NCBI GenBank assembly: GCA_015523135.1
Contig: WAKY01000159.1
Location: 1 to 35,163, forward strand
DNA: 35,163 nt
Direction: 5' to 3'
Origin: Aciduliprofundum sp.
Lineage (GTDB): Archaea; Thermoplasmatota; Thermoplasmata; Thermoplasmatales; Aciduliprofundaceae
A program made the position numbers and the translations under genes. Positions 8,689 to 17,096 of this stretch are shown piece by piece. A model generated the notes under the pieces. That model had not been told where the DNA came from. It ran no database searches and saw only the letters and a list, made by a program, of their open reading frames with translations. Numbering within the stretch: the first letter of the stretch is position 1; each line of letters opens with the position of its first letter.

Positions 8689-10920
8689 ATGAGCCAAAAA
8701 GAACACGAAAATCATCGGAGGAGGGGCGTTTTATTCTCCATTGCCTTACTTGCCTTGCTCCTTGCTCCGATAGCGAACTTTAGCCACGCAACTTCTCCAG
8801 CACCAGAAATCAGCATAACCATACCTTCTTCGCACCACATAGGGAATTACACCTACATACACGGCTTGGTGGATGTGGATGTCAATATAACCGGCAATTT
8901 CACCTATGCAACCTTCTATCTTGATAATGAACTCATCTCACAATTCAATCAAAGCAATAACACAATAAATGGCACGAATTACACTTACACCACCTACCAC
9001 TATTTTTGGAACACAACCTACACGGGAGAGGGCCCTCACATAGTAGAAGTGGTAGCATATTATCCCTCTGGTGAGGTATCTCTCTCAAAAACTTACTATG
9101 TGGATAATCATAAACCTGTGGGAACAATCAAGGTAAGCAATTCTGGCATTCTTCGTGGCAAAGAGGAACTCTATGTATCCGTTGAAGACCCTCTTTACTC
9201 CATATCCTCTGGGGTATGGATAGTTAATCTATGGATAGACAACAAAATTGTTTATAACTACACTCTTTCAAACTTAACCTCCCAATACTCTTTTACATAC
9301 CTTTGGAACACCGAGAAATACGAGGATGGACATCACACCGCAACCATACAGGTATGGGACAATGCGGGAAATGAAGCGAATTACTCTTACACATACCTTG
9401 TGGATAACCACGCTCCAAGCATAGCAATAATAAGCAACCTTTATCTCAAAGGCACGGCCACGATAAATGTATCCGTAAGCGATAAGGTTAGTGGCATAAG
9501 TAAGGTGGAATTCTACATAGATAACCAGCTAACCTACACCGCACATAACTATCCTTACCTCTTTGTGTGGAACACTCAAAATTATTCAGATGGTAAGCAC
9601 CTGATAACTGCAAAGGTTTATGATAAAGCGGGGAACAACGCTTCCGCAAGCGTGTATGTAATTGTGGATAACACTCCTCCCGTAATCACGCTCCTATCTC
9701 CACAGCAGAACACGATGGGCAACAATACTCTCAATAACACTTTGAACGGCACTATACAAGTGAAAATCAAGGGAGAAGACGCTACAACGGGAATGAGCTA
9801 CATGAAGCTCTACATTGACAACACCTTCGTGGCAAGTGGGATAAACCAAATTAACTACACTTGGAACACAACCAAATTCCATAACGGGTATTACAAGCTC
9901 ACAATCGTTGCGAGTGATAAAGTGGGCAACATAGCAGTCAAGAGCTATGGCTTCAAGATTTACAACAAGCCAAAGCCACCCACGCTAACGATAATCTCTC
10001 CGAAGAACAACACATTGCTTGGCACCAATCAACTCAGAGTGGAATGGGAATCCTATGGCCCTATACAATACTACGAGGTAAAGGTGGATAACACCAATTA
10101 CATCAAAACACAGAACACAACCTACATAGTCACCCTTGCGGATGGAGAGCACATCGTATATGTCAAGGCAGTTTTCAAGGGATTAACAATCACAAAGAGC
10201 ATAGTTGTAAAGATAGATACCTCTCCTCCAAGAATACTTGGGTTGCTAGGGAAATACACTTTCACCAAGCCCAACTATGTGAATTTTACAATCAAGGACG
10301 CTTCGCCCATTCAAGTGTTTATCTATGTCCAGCAAGGGAACAATTGGGTTCTCTACAATCAAGGAAATAGCTCAAAGTGGAGCATTTACATAGACAAGAA
10401 AGGGCATTTCACCTTCAAGGTAGTGGCTGTGGATGCAGTCCAGAACGAAGAAAGCGAGACATTCCAAGTGAGCTATGAACAAGGAACGCACAGGGTAGTC
10501 CATCGTGGCTCTCCCTTCCTTCATCTCGTTTTGTATCCTGTGCTTCTTCTCTTGATTGCGCTTATCGTCGCCGTTGTGGCAATGAAGAAATTGAAGAAGT
10601 CCAAGAAGAAGAAGGAAGGGAGCGGAGAGGCCTTGAGCACGAAGGAGAGAGCGATTTTGGATGAGATAATGAAGTATGTAAGCGAGAATGAAGGAGCGAA
10701 AAGGGGTGATGTGATAAAGATAGTGAGCAACAGGATGGGAATAACGGAGGAAGAGGTAGGAGTGATGTTGGACTTTGCAAGGGAGAACTACCTCGTAAAT
10801 GAGAAAGTGGATGCGGACGGGGTGCCCAGAGTTTATCCTTTAGAGAAGCCACAGGGAACGGAGCAAGCGGAGAATGCCCCGTCGGAAGAGAAGAAAAAAC
10901 GCAAATGGTTAAGGAGGTGA
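8689..10920 (+). CDS. cell-surface Ig-like (Big) repeat protein with C-terminal TM and cytoplasmic wHTH-like domain; putative mating adhesin
   Basis: Signal peptide; four repeats resembling WNTxxYxDGxHxIxxxxxDxAGN plus further beta domains; TM (LVLYPVLLLLIALIVAVVAM) followed by a poly-Lys stretch; many N-x-S/T sequons; first gene of the T4SS operon. Confidence 0.8.
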   Translation: MSQKEHENHRRRGVLFSIALLALLLAPIANFSHATSPAPEISITIPSSHHIGNYTYIHGLVDVDVNITGNFTYATFYLDNELISQFNQSNNTINGTNYTYTTYHYFWNTTYTGEGPHIVEVVAYYPSGEVSLSKTYYVDNHKPVGTIKVSNSGILRGKEELYVSVEDPLYSISSGVWIVNLWIDNKIVYNYTLSNLTSQYSFTYLWNTEKYEDGHHTATIQVWDNAGNEANYSYTYLVDNHAPSIAIISNLYLKGTATINVSVSDKVSGISKVEFYIDNQLTYTAHNYPYLFVWNTQNYSDGKHLITAKVYDKAGNNASASVYVIVDNTPPVITLLSPQQNTMGNNTLNNTLNGTIQVKIKGEDATTGMSYMKLYIDNTFVASGINQINYTWNTTKFHNGYYKLTIVASDKVGNIAVKSYGFKIYNKPKPPTLTIISPKNNTLLGTNQLRVEWESYGPIQYYEVKVDNTNYIKTQNTTYIVTLADGEHIVYVKAVFKGLTITKSIVVKIDTSPPRILGLLGKYTFTKPNYVNFTIKDASPIQVFIYVQQGNNWVLYNQGNSSKWSIYIDKKGHFTFKVVAVDAVQNEESETFQVSYEQGTHRVVHRGSPFLHLVLYPVLLLLIALIVAVVAMKKLKKSKKKKEGSGEALSTKERAILDEIMKYVSENEGAKRGDVIKIVSNRMGITEEEVGVMLDFARENYLVNEKVDADGVPRVYPLEKPQGTEQAENAPSEEKKKRKWLRR

Positions 10921-10924
10921 TAGG

Positions 10925-11458
10925 GTGGAAAAGAAAAATAGGAAGGCCGTATTGCTGAGCTTTCTTGCCGTGGCACTCACCATAGGTGCCTTGGTGGGAG
11001 TGACTATGATAGACACACAGAACATCAATTACTACAACGACATCTGGGCAAAGAACACAATCTACACAGCTTCTATGGACATGACTACACATCCAGCAGT
11101 CAGCAAGAACCCTGTAATGCAGCACGAAACTTTGAGACAATTTGGAGCTACAACCAATGCTGCACAGGCCAAGAATGGTTCAGCATACATATCCAACATA
11201 ACCCAGAAGCTCTACATCCTCTTGGGTATAATCGGAGGCATACTCATAGCAATCCTATGGGTTAAAGTGGCTATAAACTTCTTCTCCGATGATCCACAGA
11301 GGAAGGCACAGGCAAAAGAGGACGCAATGAAGGCATTGCTCGGAACAATACTGATAGCAATGGCCGTGTTCGGTGCTATCTGGGCAATCGCTGGCTGGAT
11401 GGTTGGAGCAACAGGCATAATAGAGTTGCCACAGGCATTGCTAGTGTGGGCATTGTAA
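10925..11458 (+). CDS. VirB2/TrbC-like T4SS pilin paralogue 1 (short N-terminal region; candidate major pilin)
   Basis: C-terminal hydrophobic hairpin with charged loop FFSDDPQRKAQAKE; located upstream of VirB6-like and VirB4 genes. Confidence 0.7.
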   Translation: MEKKNRKAVLLSFLAVALTIGALVGVTMIDTQNINYYNDIWAKNTIYTASMDMTTHPAVSKNPVMQHETLRQFGATTNAAQAKNGSAYISNITQKLYILLGIIGGILIAILWVKVAINFFSDDPQRKAQAKEDAMKALLGTILIAMAVFGAIWAIAGWMVGATGIIELPQALLVWAL

Positions 11459-12478
11459 ATGAGGAAAATGGCAGCTCTCTTGGTTCTCTCTGCTCTCTTC
11501 CTTTCTTCTATTTTTCTTGAAGGGGTAGATGCGAGTAGCCCTCAAAGTGAGCAATTAATTCAAGATTACCATTTTTCAAGTAGCAACAATTACGCTTATT
11601 GGGGGATATATAGGGGAAGTTATCCAACCACGAACTCGGCTGGAAATCCTGTAAGCCCAGCATTCAATATAATACTTGATAACTCTAAGCAATTGGCGGA
11701 TATATACTCAACGGAGTCCGGCCCCAGCAACGAAGCGTGGGGCTACGATGAGTGGGCTTATGTGTATCAGCAAGTTCATGTTCCAAGTGTGAATATTGTA
11801 AATGCCACGCTCAGCTTGTATGTGTATGGGCACATGGGAGAATATATGGATGTGGATTTGCAGTATGGAATTGCGAGTAAAGCTTCAAGAAGTTATTGGA
11901 TACAGCATAGTAGTGTTGGTTTGGGGTATGGGCAATACCGCACTTACACGCTAAATGTCACGGGCACTTTACAGCAATACGAGGGAAAGAACATCACGAT
12001 TATGGCTGGAATATACATGCCTTCATCATCAATTCTCCAAAGTGGATACACTTACATTTATTGGATAAAGCTTGACATTCAATACAACGGAGAGAGTAAT
12101 GGTGGTAGTGGTGGTTCCTCTGGCTCTGGCTGGAGTTCTGGTGGTTCTTCTTGGTGGGGAGGAGGTAGCTGGTGGGGAGGTGGCGGAAGCTGGTATGGTG
12201 GAGGAGGTTCTTGGACGGGAGGAGGAGCAGTTGCCAACGAAACATACTTGGAGATGGTTGCTCACAACATAGAGGAATTGGTTGGCATAGTTGCTGGTGT
12301 AGTTGTATCTATTCTCTGGGTAAAGGTTGCCGTGAATTTATTTAGCGATGACCCTGAGAAGAAGCAAAAGGGAAGGGAGGAAATTCTCCTTGCCTCCGTT
12401 GGCACGCTAATTATAGCCGTAGCTGTGTTAGGTGCGATGTGGATGATAGCAGGATGGATAGCGGGGGCGGTAGGATGA
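11459..12478 (+). CDS. pilin paralogue 2: signal peptide + jelly-roll/CBM-like domain + Gly/Trp linker + VirB2-like domain
   Basis: C-terminus ILWVKVAVNLFSDDPEKKQKGREE...GTLIIAVAVLGAMWMIAGW aligns with paralogue 1. Confidence 0.7.
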   Translation: MRKMAALLVLSALFLSSIFLEGVDASSPQSEQLIQDYHFSSSNNYAYWGIYRGSYPTTNSAGNPVSPAFNIILDNSKQLADIYSTESGPSNEAWGYDEWAYVYQQVHVPSVNIVNATLSLYVYGHMGEYMDVDLQYGIASKASRSYWIQHSSVGLGYGQYRTYTLNVTGTLQQYEGKNITIMAGIYMPSSSILQSGYTYIYWIKLDIQYNGESNGGSGGSSGSGWSSGGSSWWGGGSWWGGGGSWYGGGGSWTGGGAVANETYLEMVAHNIEELVGIVAGVVVSILWVKVAVNLFSDDPEKKQKGREEILLASVGTLIIAVAVLGAMWMIAGWIAGAVG

Positions 12479-13455
12479 GAGCGAGAAGGGTATTATCTCT
12501 GGTTGTCATTGCGATTACCCTCGCAACCCTCATCTCTGGAGGAGCGAGTGCTGAAGTAGTGCAGCATGAGATGCTACAAAATCCAGATTTCACGAATGGA
12601 AGTGCGAATTGGACTGCGAGAACATATATTTCTCAAAATTATTATGGAACTCAACATATTTATGTGCGTTTCCTCAGTGGTGAAGTGGAAATCTATGTTT
12701 CTAACTATTATGGCGATGCAATAGAAAGTTATGCTTATGGTTGTGTGGAGCAAACCATAGCTATTCCAAATTTCAACGCTTCAAGGGTAGTATCTGCAAC
12801 CTTGACTATGAGAGATGTTGAGTATTTTTATGGAAAAGGCGTGTATGTTCGTTTATACTTCTCCAGCACGGGACAAAGCTTTACCCCGTCAAAGAGTTGG
12901 ACTATAAGAACGATGAATGTAACGAATTTAGTCAAGCAAAATGTGGGGAAGAATGTTTCTGTGAAAGGAGGTTTTTGGAACACCAATTGGATAGATTCTG
13001 GTAGTAAGATGTACATAGATTGGATTTACCTAAACATCACTTACAATGCAACGAATAGCGGTGGTTCTGGAGGAGGAACTAACAATTGGTGGGGCAATGG
13101 AGGAGGATGGAGCGGTGGCGGTGGAGGTAGTTGGAACGGCGGAGGAGGTTTCTGGCATGGCGGTGGTGGTTTCTTTGGTATACTTGGTGGTTGGTTTGGC
13201 CACACGGGAAATGTCAATCAAACCTATGTAGAGTATGAAGTAGAGAGATTGCAGGAACTCCTTGCAATAGGAGCGGGGATAACAATCTCAATCCTATGGG
13301 TGAATGTGGCGGTGAATTACTTCTCTGGAGACCCTGACAGGAAAGCGAAGGCCAAGGAGAAGATGACAACTGCGTTCTTGGGGACTTTACTCGTAGCAAT
13401 GGCTGTGATAGGTGCAATGTGGGCAATAGCGGGATGGCTTGTAGGGGGAGGATAA
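12475..13455 (+). CDS. pilin paralogue 3: signal peptide + jelly-roll/CBM-like domain + Gly/Trp linker + VirB2-like domain
   Basis: ATGA-coupled start 12475 (track 12439); LQNPDF...W start and YIDWIYL end typical of CBM4/9-like folds; ILWVNVAVNYFSGDPDRKAKAKE. Confidence 0.7.
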   Translation: MRARRVLSLVVIAITLATLISGGASAEVVQHEMLQNPDFTNGSANWTARTYISQNYYGTQHIYVRFLSGEVEIYVSNYYGDAIESYAYGCVEQTIAIPNFNASRVVSATLTMRDVEYFYGKGVYVRLYFSSTGQSFTPSKSWTIRTMNVTNLVKQNVGKNVSVKGGFWNTNWIDSGSKMYIDWIYLNITYNATNSGGSGGGTNNWWGNGGGWSGGGGGSWNGGGGFWHGGGGFFGILGGWFGHTGNVNQTYVEYEVERLQELLAIGAGITISILWVNVAVNYFSGDPDRKAKAKEKMTTAFLGTLLVAMAVIGAMWAIAGWLVGGG

Positions 13456-13456
13456 G

Positions 13457-14677
13457 GTGAGGGCAAAAGCTCTCATCGTTGGAATTTTAATCGTATCTTC
13501 GCTTTTAATCTTCCTCATACCCACTCAAAATGTGAGGGCTTCATCCAACAATACCACGATAATCAATCAAAACACTCTAGACATAGACGGAGACCAAGAC
13601 GCATACATGACTTGGGTGGATTGGAGCAATTACATGGATGCACAGGGGAACATACACCACGACCCTGTCCAGATGAGTTATGTGGATGGAAAACCTCTAC
13701 TGCTCTTTAACATCTACATGTATAGGAAGACGGCAACGGGATGGCTTCATCTCTCCACGCAATCCATAACCATAACGGTTAGGAATGTGTATAACTATGT
13801 TATCGGCTTCACGGGCTTTCAGAAATCCACGATAACGATAGAGGACTGCAGGGAAGTTGTTCTTGGGCTAAAATTCACCAATCCAGAGAATAACGATGAG
13901 CAAATAGGGTGGCTCTACGATACGCAAGTTAGTGCAGATGGATTTAGTAAGATAGATTTCTACAATTACGAATACACAAGCTCGGAAGGAACGGCAATAC
14001 GATTGAATGGAGGTAAGAATGCAACGGTTGATTTTCTTGGCTCATCCTTTGACATAGAATCCACGGATATGGTGGAAGAACCAGCCGTTGTAATCCAAAA
14101 TGTGAATGTGGTAAGCGTGGATGTTCCTTACTTCTTCATAGGGGAGCATAGCCCAGATTTGTGGTTGGAGAATGTGGAGGAATTCTTCTTCAATCACAAC
14201 ATAACACTCAACAACAAGTATTATTCCTACGGGGATGCAAATTGGACTTATGGGGGAATAGGAGTAGTTGAAGGAAATGTGGGATTTTTGCTTAGAGGAC
14301 ACGATTACAATTACATCTACATAGAGAATGCCCATATCGGCGTGGCCTTTGAAAATGATGGCAAGGGAGAAGCGTTCAACAACTCTCCCTATGTGATTTT
14401 CAAGAATGTGGATGAGAAATACGCATACAATTACGGGAAATACGAGAATAGCGAACAATTTCCTAATTTCTGGTATGGAATTGCAGCATTGACGGGCATA
14501 TTGGTATCTATTGCTTGGGTTAGAGAGGGAATTCTTTGGTTTAGTGATAGTCCAGAGAAGAAGCAATTGGCGAAGGAGATGTTCTGGAAGGTGAGCGTTG
14601 GCACTATACTTCTCGCAATGGTGGTGTTTGGCTATCAAGCGATGATAAACCTTGTGAATTGGCTATTCGGTGGTTAA
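13457..14677 (+). CDS. pilin paralogue 4: signal peptide + acidic beta-rich (possibly beta-helix) domain + VirB2-like domain
   Basis: C-terminus IAWVREGILWFSDSPEKKQLAKE...GTILLAMVVFG aligns with the other three. Confidence 0.65.
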   Translation: MRAKALIVGILIVSSLLIFLIPTQNVRASSNNTTIINQNTLDIDGDQDAYMTWVDWSNYMDAQGNIHHDPVQMSYVDGKPLLLFNIYMYRKTATGWLHLSTQSITITVRNVYNYVIGFTGFQKSTITIEDCREVVLGLKFTNPENNDEQIGWLYDTQVSADGFSKIDFYNYEYTSSEGTAIRLNGGKNATVDFLGSSFDIESTDMVEEPAVVIQNVNVVSVDVPYFFIGEHSPDLWLENVEEFFFNHNITLNNKYYSYGDANWTYGGIGVVEGNVGFLLRGHDYNYIYIENAHIGVAFENDGKGEAFNNSPYVIFKNVDEKYAYNYGKYENSEQFPNFWYGIAALTGILVSIAWVREGILWFSDSPEKKQLAKEMFWKVSVGTILLAMVVFGYQAMINLVNWLFGG

Positions 14678-14678
14678 A

Positions 14679-15956
14679 ATGAGGGTTGTATGGAGGAAAA
14701 AGGAAGAAGGAATGTTCGGCGTGGATTCTCTGGTTTGGTGGGGCATAGCCATAGCCACAACCTTTGCCTTATCCTTCTTCGTTTATCTCCTCAACTACAA
14801 GATTGCGGGAATGGCTTGGAAAGGGTTCTTGTATTTAATGAGGCCTTCGGAATTGTTCCCAAATCTTCTAAATCTCCCAAATTACAAGGATGTATCCACA
14901 ACAGGCATAACGGGGATGATGAGTGCAGCCATATACCTAAATTCCGTCATAGTGGAGAAGATTGTAAATGCTCTGGTAGTTTTCATGCTCTGGTTCGTTG
15001 GACTGATGTATCTCTATGCGGACTTCTTTGAGGGATTCATGGGCAAGTTGAAAACAATAATCCCAAGGTTAATCATGGCTCTCATCTTGGCATACGGGGG
15101 CATATACTTCCTCAATTTCGGCATAATGCTCGGAAAATACGCTTACATGGTTCTCTACAACACAAACATAGGTGCTTTGGGAGTGTGGAAACAACCCACA
15201 TTCTACAATTACATCAAAGCTCAATTACAACCACCAACAACCACATTTGGCTTGGCAACCCTTGAACAAATGCTTTTAAAATACATCTGGAGCTTCCTCG
15301 CAGTCAATTTCGCATTGATGCTGTTAATGGTTGTGGTGGTGAGGGATGTATTATTTGCAGTTCTCATAGTTCTATTGCCAATAGCTTCCATATTCCTCAT
15401 AACTCCTTGGACATCCAACATAGGAGAGAGGTTATGGGGCTTGGCAATAGATTTAATTCTCCTTCCCTTCGTGATGATTATTCCTCTTATGCTAGTGGGC
15501 CCTGTGGCAAACCACATAACCTTTGTAATAGCCGGCATGGTGATTTCTGCGGGAGCCATTTACCTCTTGGCAAAAGAACCATTTATCCTCTCTGGAATAG
15601 GATTTGGCAGGGCTGGAGAGCATCTCTCAAGGGGAATAGTGATGGGAACGGGGTTAGCAGATGCTATGGCAATAGTGGGAGCGGAGAGAGGGATGATTAC
15701 AGGTGGTTCTGGTGGTGGAGCTGGAGGAGTAGGAGGTTTAGCCTTGAAAGGTGGGCTAAATCAAGTTGCGGGCAGGTATGCCTCGGCAGGAACTCACGGG
15801 TATGCGGTTGGGCATAGAGCGGTTATGAATGCACACAGGGGAACAACGGGAGCTTATGTAGGAGCAGCGGGAACGCTAATCTATGGAGTTGGTAGAGGAA
15901 TATACCACACTTATGATTGGGTTAGGAGGAGGAAGCAAAATGGCGGTGGAGGATGA
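14679..15956 (+). CDS. VirB6/TrbL-like polytopic membrane protein
   Basis: Many TM segments, RDVLFAVLIVLLPIASIFLITPWT motif, Gly/Ala-rich C-terminal tail as in TrbL; T4SS context. Start ATG 14679 (track 14670). Confidence 0.78.
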   Translation: MRVVWRKKEEGMFGVDSLVWWGIAIATTFALSFFVYLLNYKIAGMAWKGFLYLMRPSELFPNLLNLPNYKDVSTTGITGMMSAAIYLNSVIVEKIVNALVVFMLWFVGLMYLYADFFEGFMGKLKTIIPRLIMALILAYGGIYFLNFGIMLGKYAYMVLYNTNIGALGVWKQPTFYNYIKAQLQPPTTTFGLATLEQMLLKYIWSFLAVNFALMLLMVVVVRDVLFAVLIVLLPIASIFLITPWTSNIGERLWGLAIDLILLPFVMIIPLMLVGPVANHITFVIAGMVISAGAIYLLAKEPFILSGIGFGRAGEHLSRGIVMGTGLADAMAIVGAERGMITGGSGGGAGGVGGLALKGGLNQVAGRYASAGTHGYAVGHRAVMNAHRGTTGAYVGAAGTLIYGVGRGIYHTYDWVRRRKQNGGGG

Positions 15957-16680
15957 TAACTTGAAATACGCAGCAGTTCCAGAGAATCTAGGGAGAAAAA
16001 TATCGTTTGGAATGTTCAACATCGGGGACATAATGAAGTTCATATTGTATCTGGTAGTGTTTAGTGGGCTATCTATGGCCGTTCATCTACCTTACATAAT
16101 CATCATCTTTTTACCCATATCGGCGATAATGGCATTCAAAAAATTTGACGGGCTAGAATTTTGGAATTACATCAAGTTGAAGATGAGCAATGTGGATACC
16201 ACGCTACCTTTAATGCTCTATTTCGGGCAAATGCTCTACAACGGGAAGTATTACTTCGTTGTTCTTGAAGTGGATGGGATAAGCTACGAGTTTATGAGCG
16301 ATGAGGATAAGATAGGATTATTGCTCAAATACGAGGAATTCTTGAATGCTTGTGATTTCCCAATGCAGTTCGTAGTGCATACCGAGAAGCTAGATTATCA
16401 GCCATTTTTGGACACGGTTATAAACGATACACCAACGGCAAAGGATTACAAGAACTTGATAAAGGTGGCTTGTGAGGGGCTCTACATTCAAAGATACTTC
16501 GTGGTTATAGGCATAAACGCTTGGGAAGTATCTGGGCAAAAGGAAGTGAAGGCAAAGGTTGCGTGGGATAAGCTCCAAGAGAGAGTGGAAATTGCTACGA
16601 TAGGACTAAATGACTTGGGCTTGGGATACAGGATGCTCAAGGGAGAGGAGTTGCTCAGCATTTACAAGGAGGTGATGTGA
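15940..16680 (+). CDS. PrgI/VirB3-like transfer protein
   Basis: VPENLGRKISFGMFNIGD then a TM hairpin, then LEVDGISYEFMSDEDK..YEEFLNACDFPMQF resembling VirB4 N-terminal-like domains; start 15940 after GGAGGAGG. Confidence 0.65.
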   Translation: MAVEDDNLKYAAVPENLGRKISFGMFNIGDIMKFILYLVVFSGLSMAVHLPYIIIIFLPISAIMAFKKFDGLEFWNYIKLKMSNVDTTLPLMLYFGQMLYNGKYYFVVLEVDGISYEFMSDEDKIGLLLKYEEFLNACDFPMQFVVHTEKLDYQPFLDTVINDTPTAKDYKNLIKVACEGLYIQRYFVVIGINAWEVSGQKEVKAKVAWDKLQERVEIATIGLNDLGLGYRMLKGEELLSIYKEVM

Positions 16681-17096
16681 TGGGGCTTTTCCGCAAGAAG
16701 AAAGAGGAACGCAAGGTAAAGAGATTGCCGTTCTACATAGATTGGCGAATGTCCCCAGAGGAATACCTCAAACTCGCATTCTTTGGGGCAATCGTTCTGT
16801 TCATAGTTTCTTGGGGTAGCATAATAGCTTCCTCTTTGCTATATTTTCTCGCAATAGGAGGGGTGTTAATCGTGTTTATGTATTACAGGGAAGAAATGAC
16901 GGGGAAGTTTAGGTATCTTGCTCCTTTCCTCACGGGTATATTCTTTCTTCTATTCTCCTTATCTGGAAATTTTGGGGCATACATCTTTGGAGCATACCTT
17001 TCATCGTTCTTCATAAACATAGTTGGGTATTGGGCAATAAAGAACGGGATAATAGAAAGGGAGAGAGAAAAGTTAAGGGGTGGTGAGGAATGGTAA
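16677..17096 (+). CDS. four-TM membrane protein in the transfer operon
   Basis: Four hydrophobic segments; overlaps both neighbours; GGAGGTG SD. Confidence 0.7.
   Translation: MMGLFRKKKEERKVKRLPFYIDWRMSPEEYLKLAFFGAIVLFIVSWGSIIASSLLYFLAIGGVLIVFMYYREEMTGKFRYLAPFLTGIFFLLFSLSGNFGAYIFGAYLSSFFINIVGYWAIKNGIIEREREKLRGGEEW

Noticed and set aside
10562-11140. 192-aa minus-strand ORF and similar antisense ORFs (14042-14638, 21770-22177, 29051-29512, 34365-34814)
   Set aside because: They overlap well-supported genes in another frame or strand and have atypical composition; treated as shadow ORFs.
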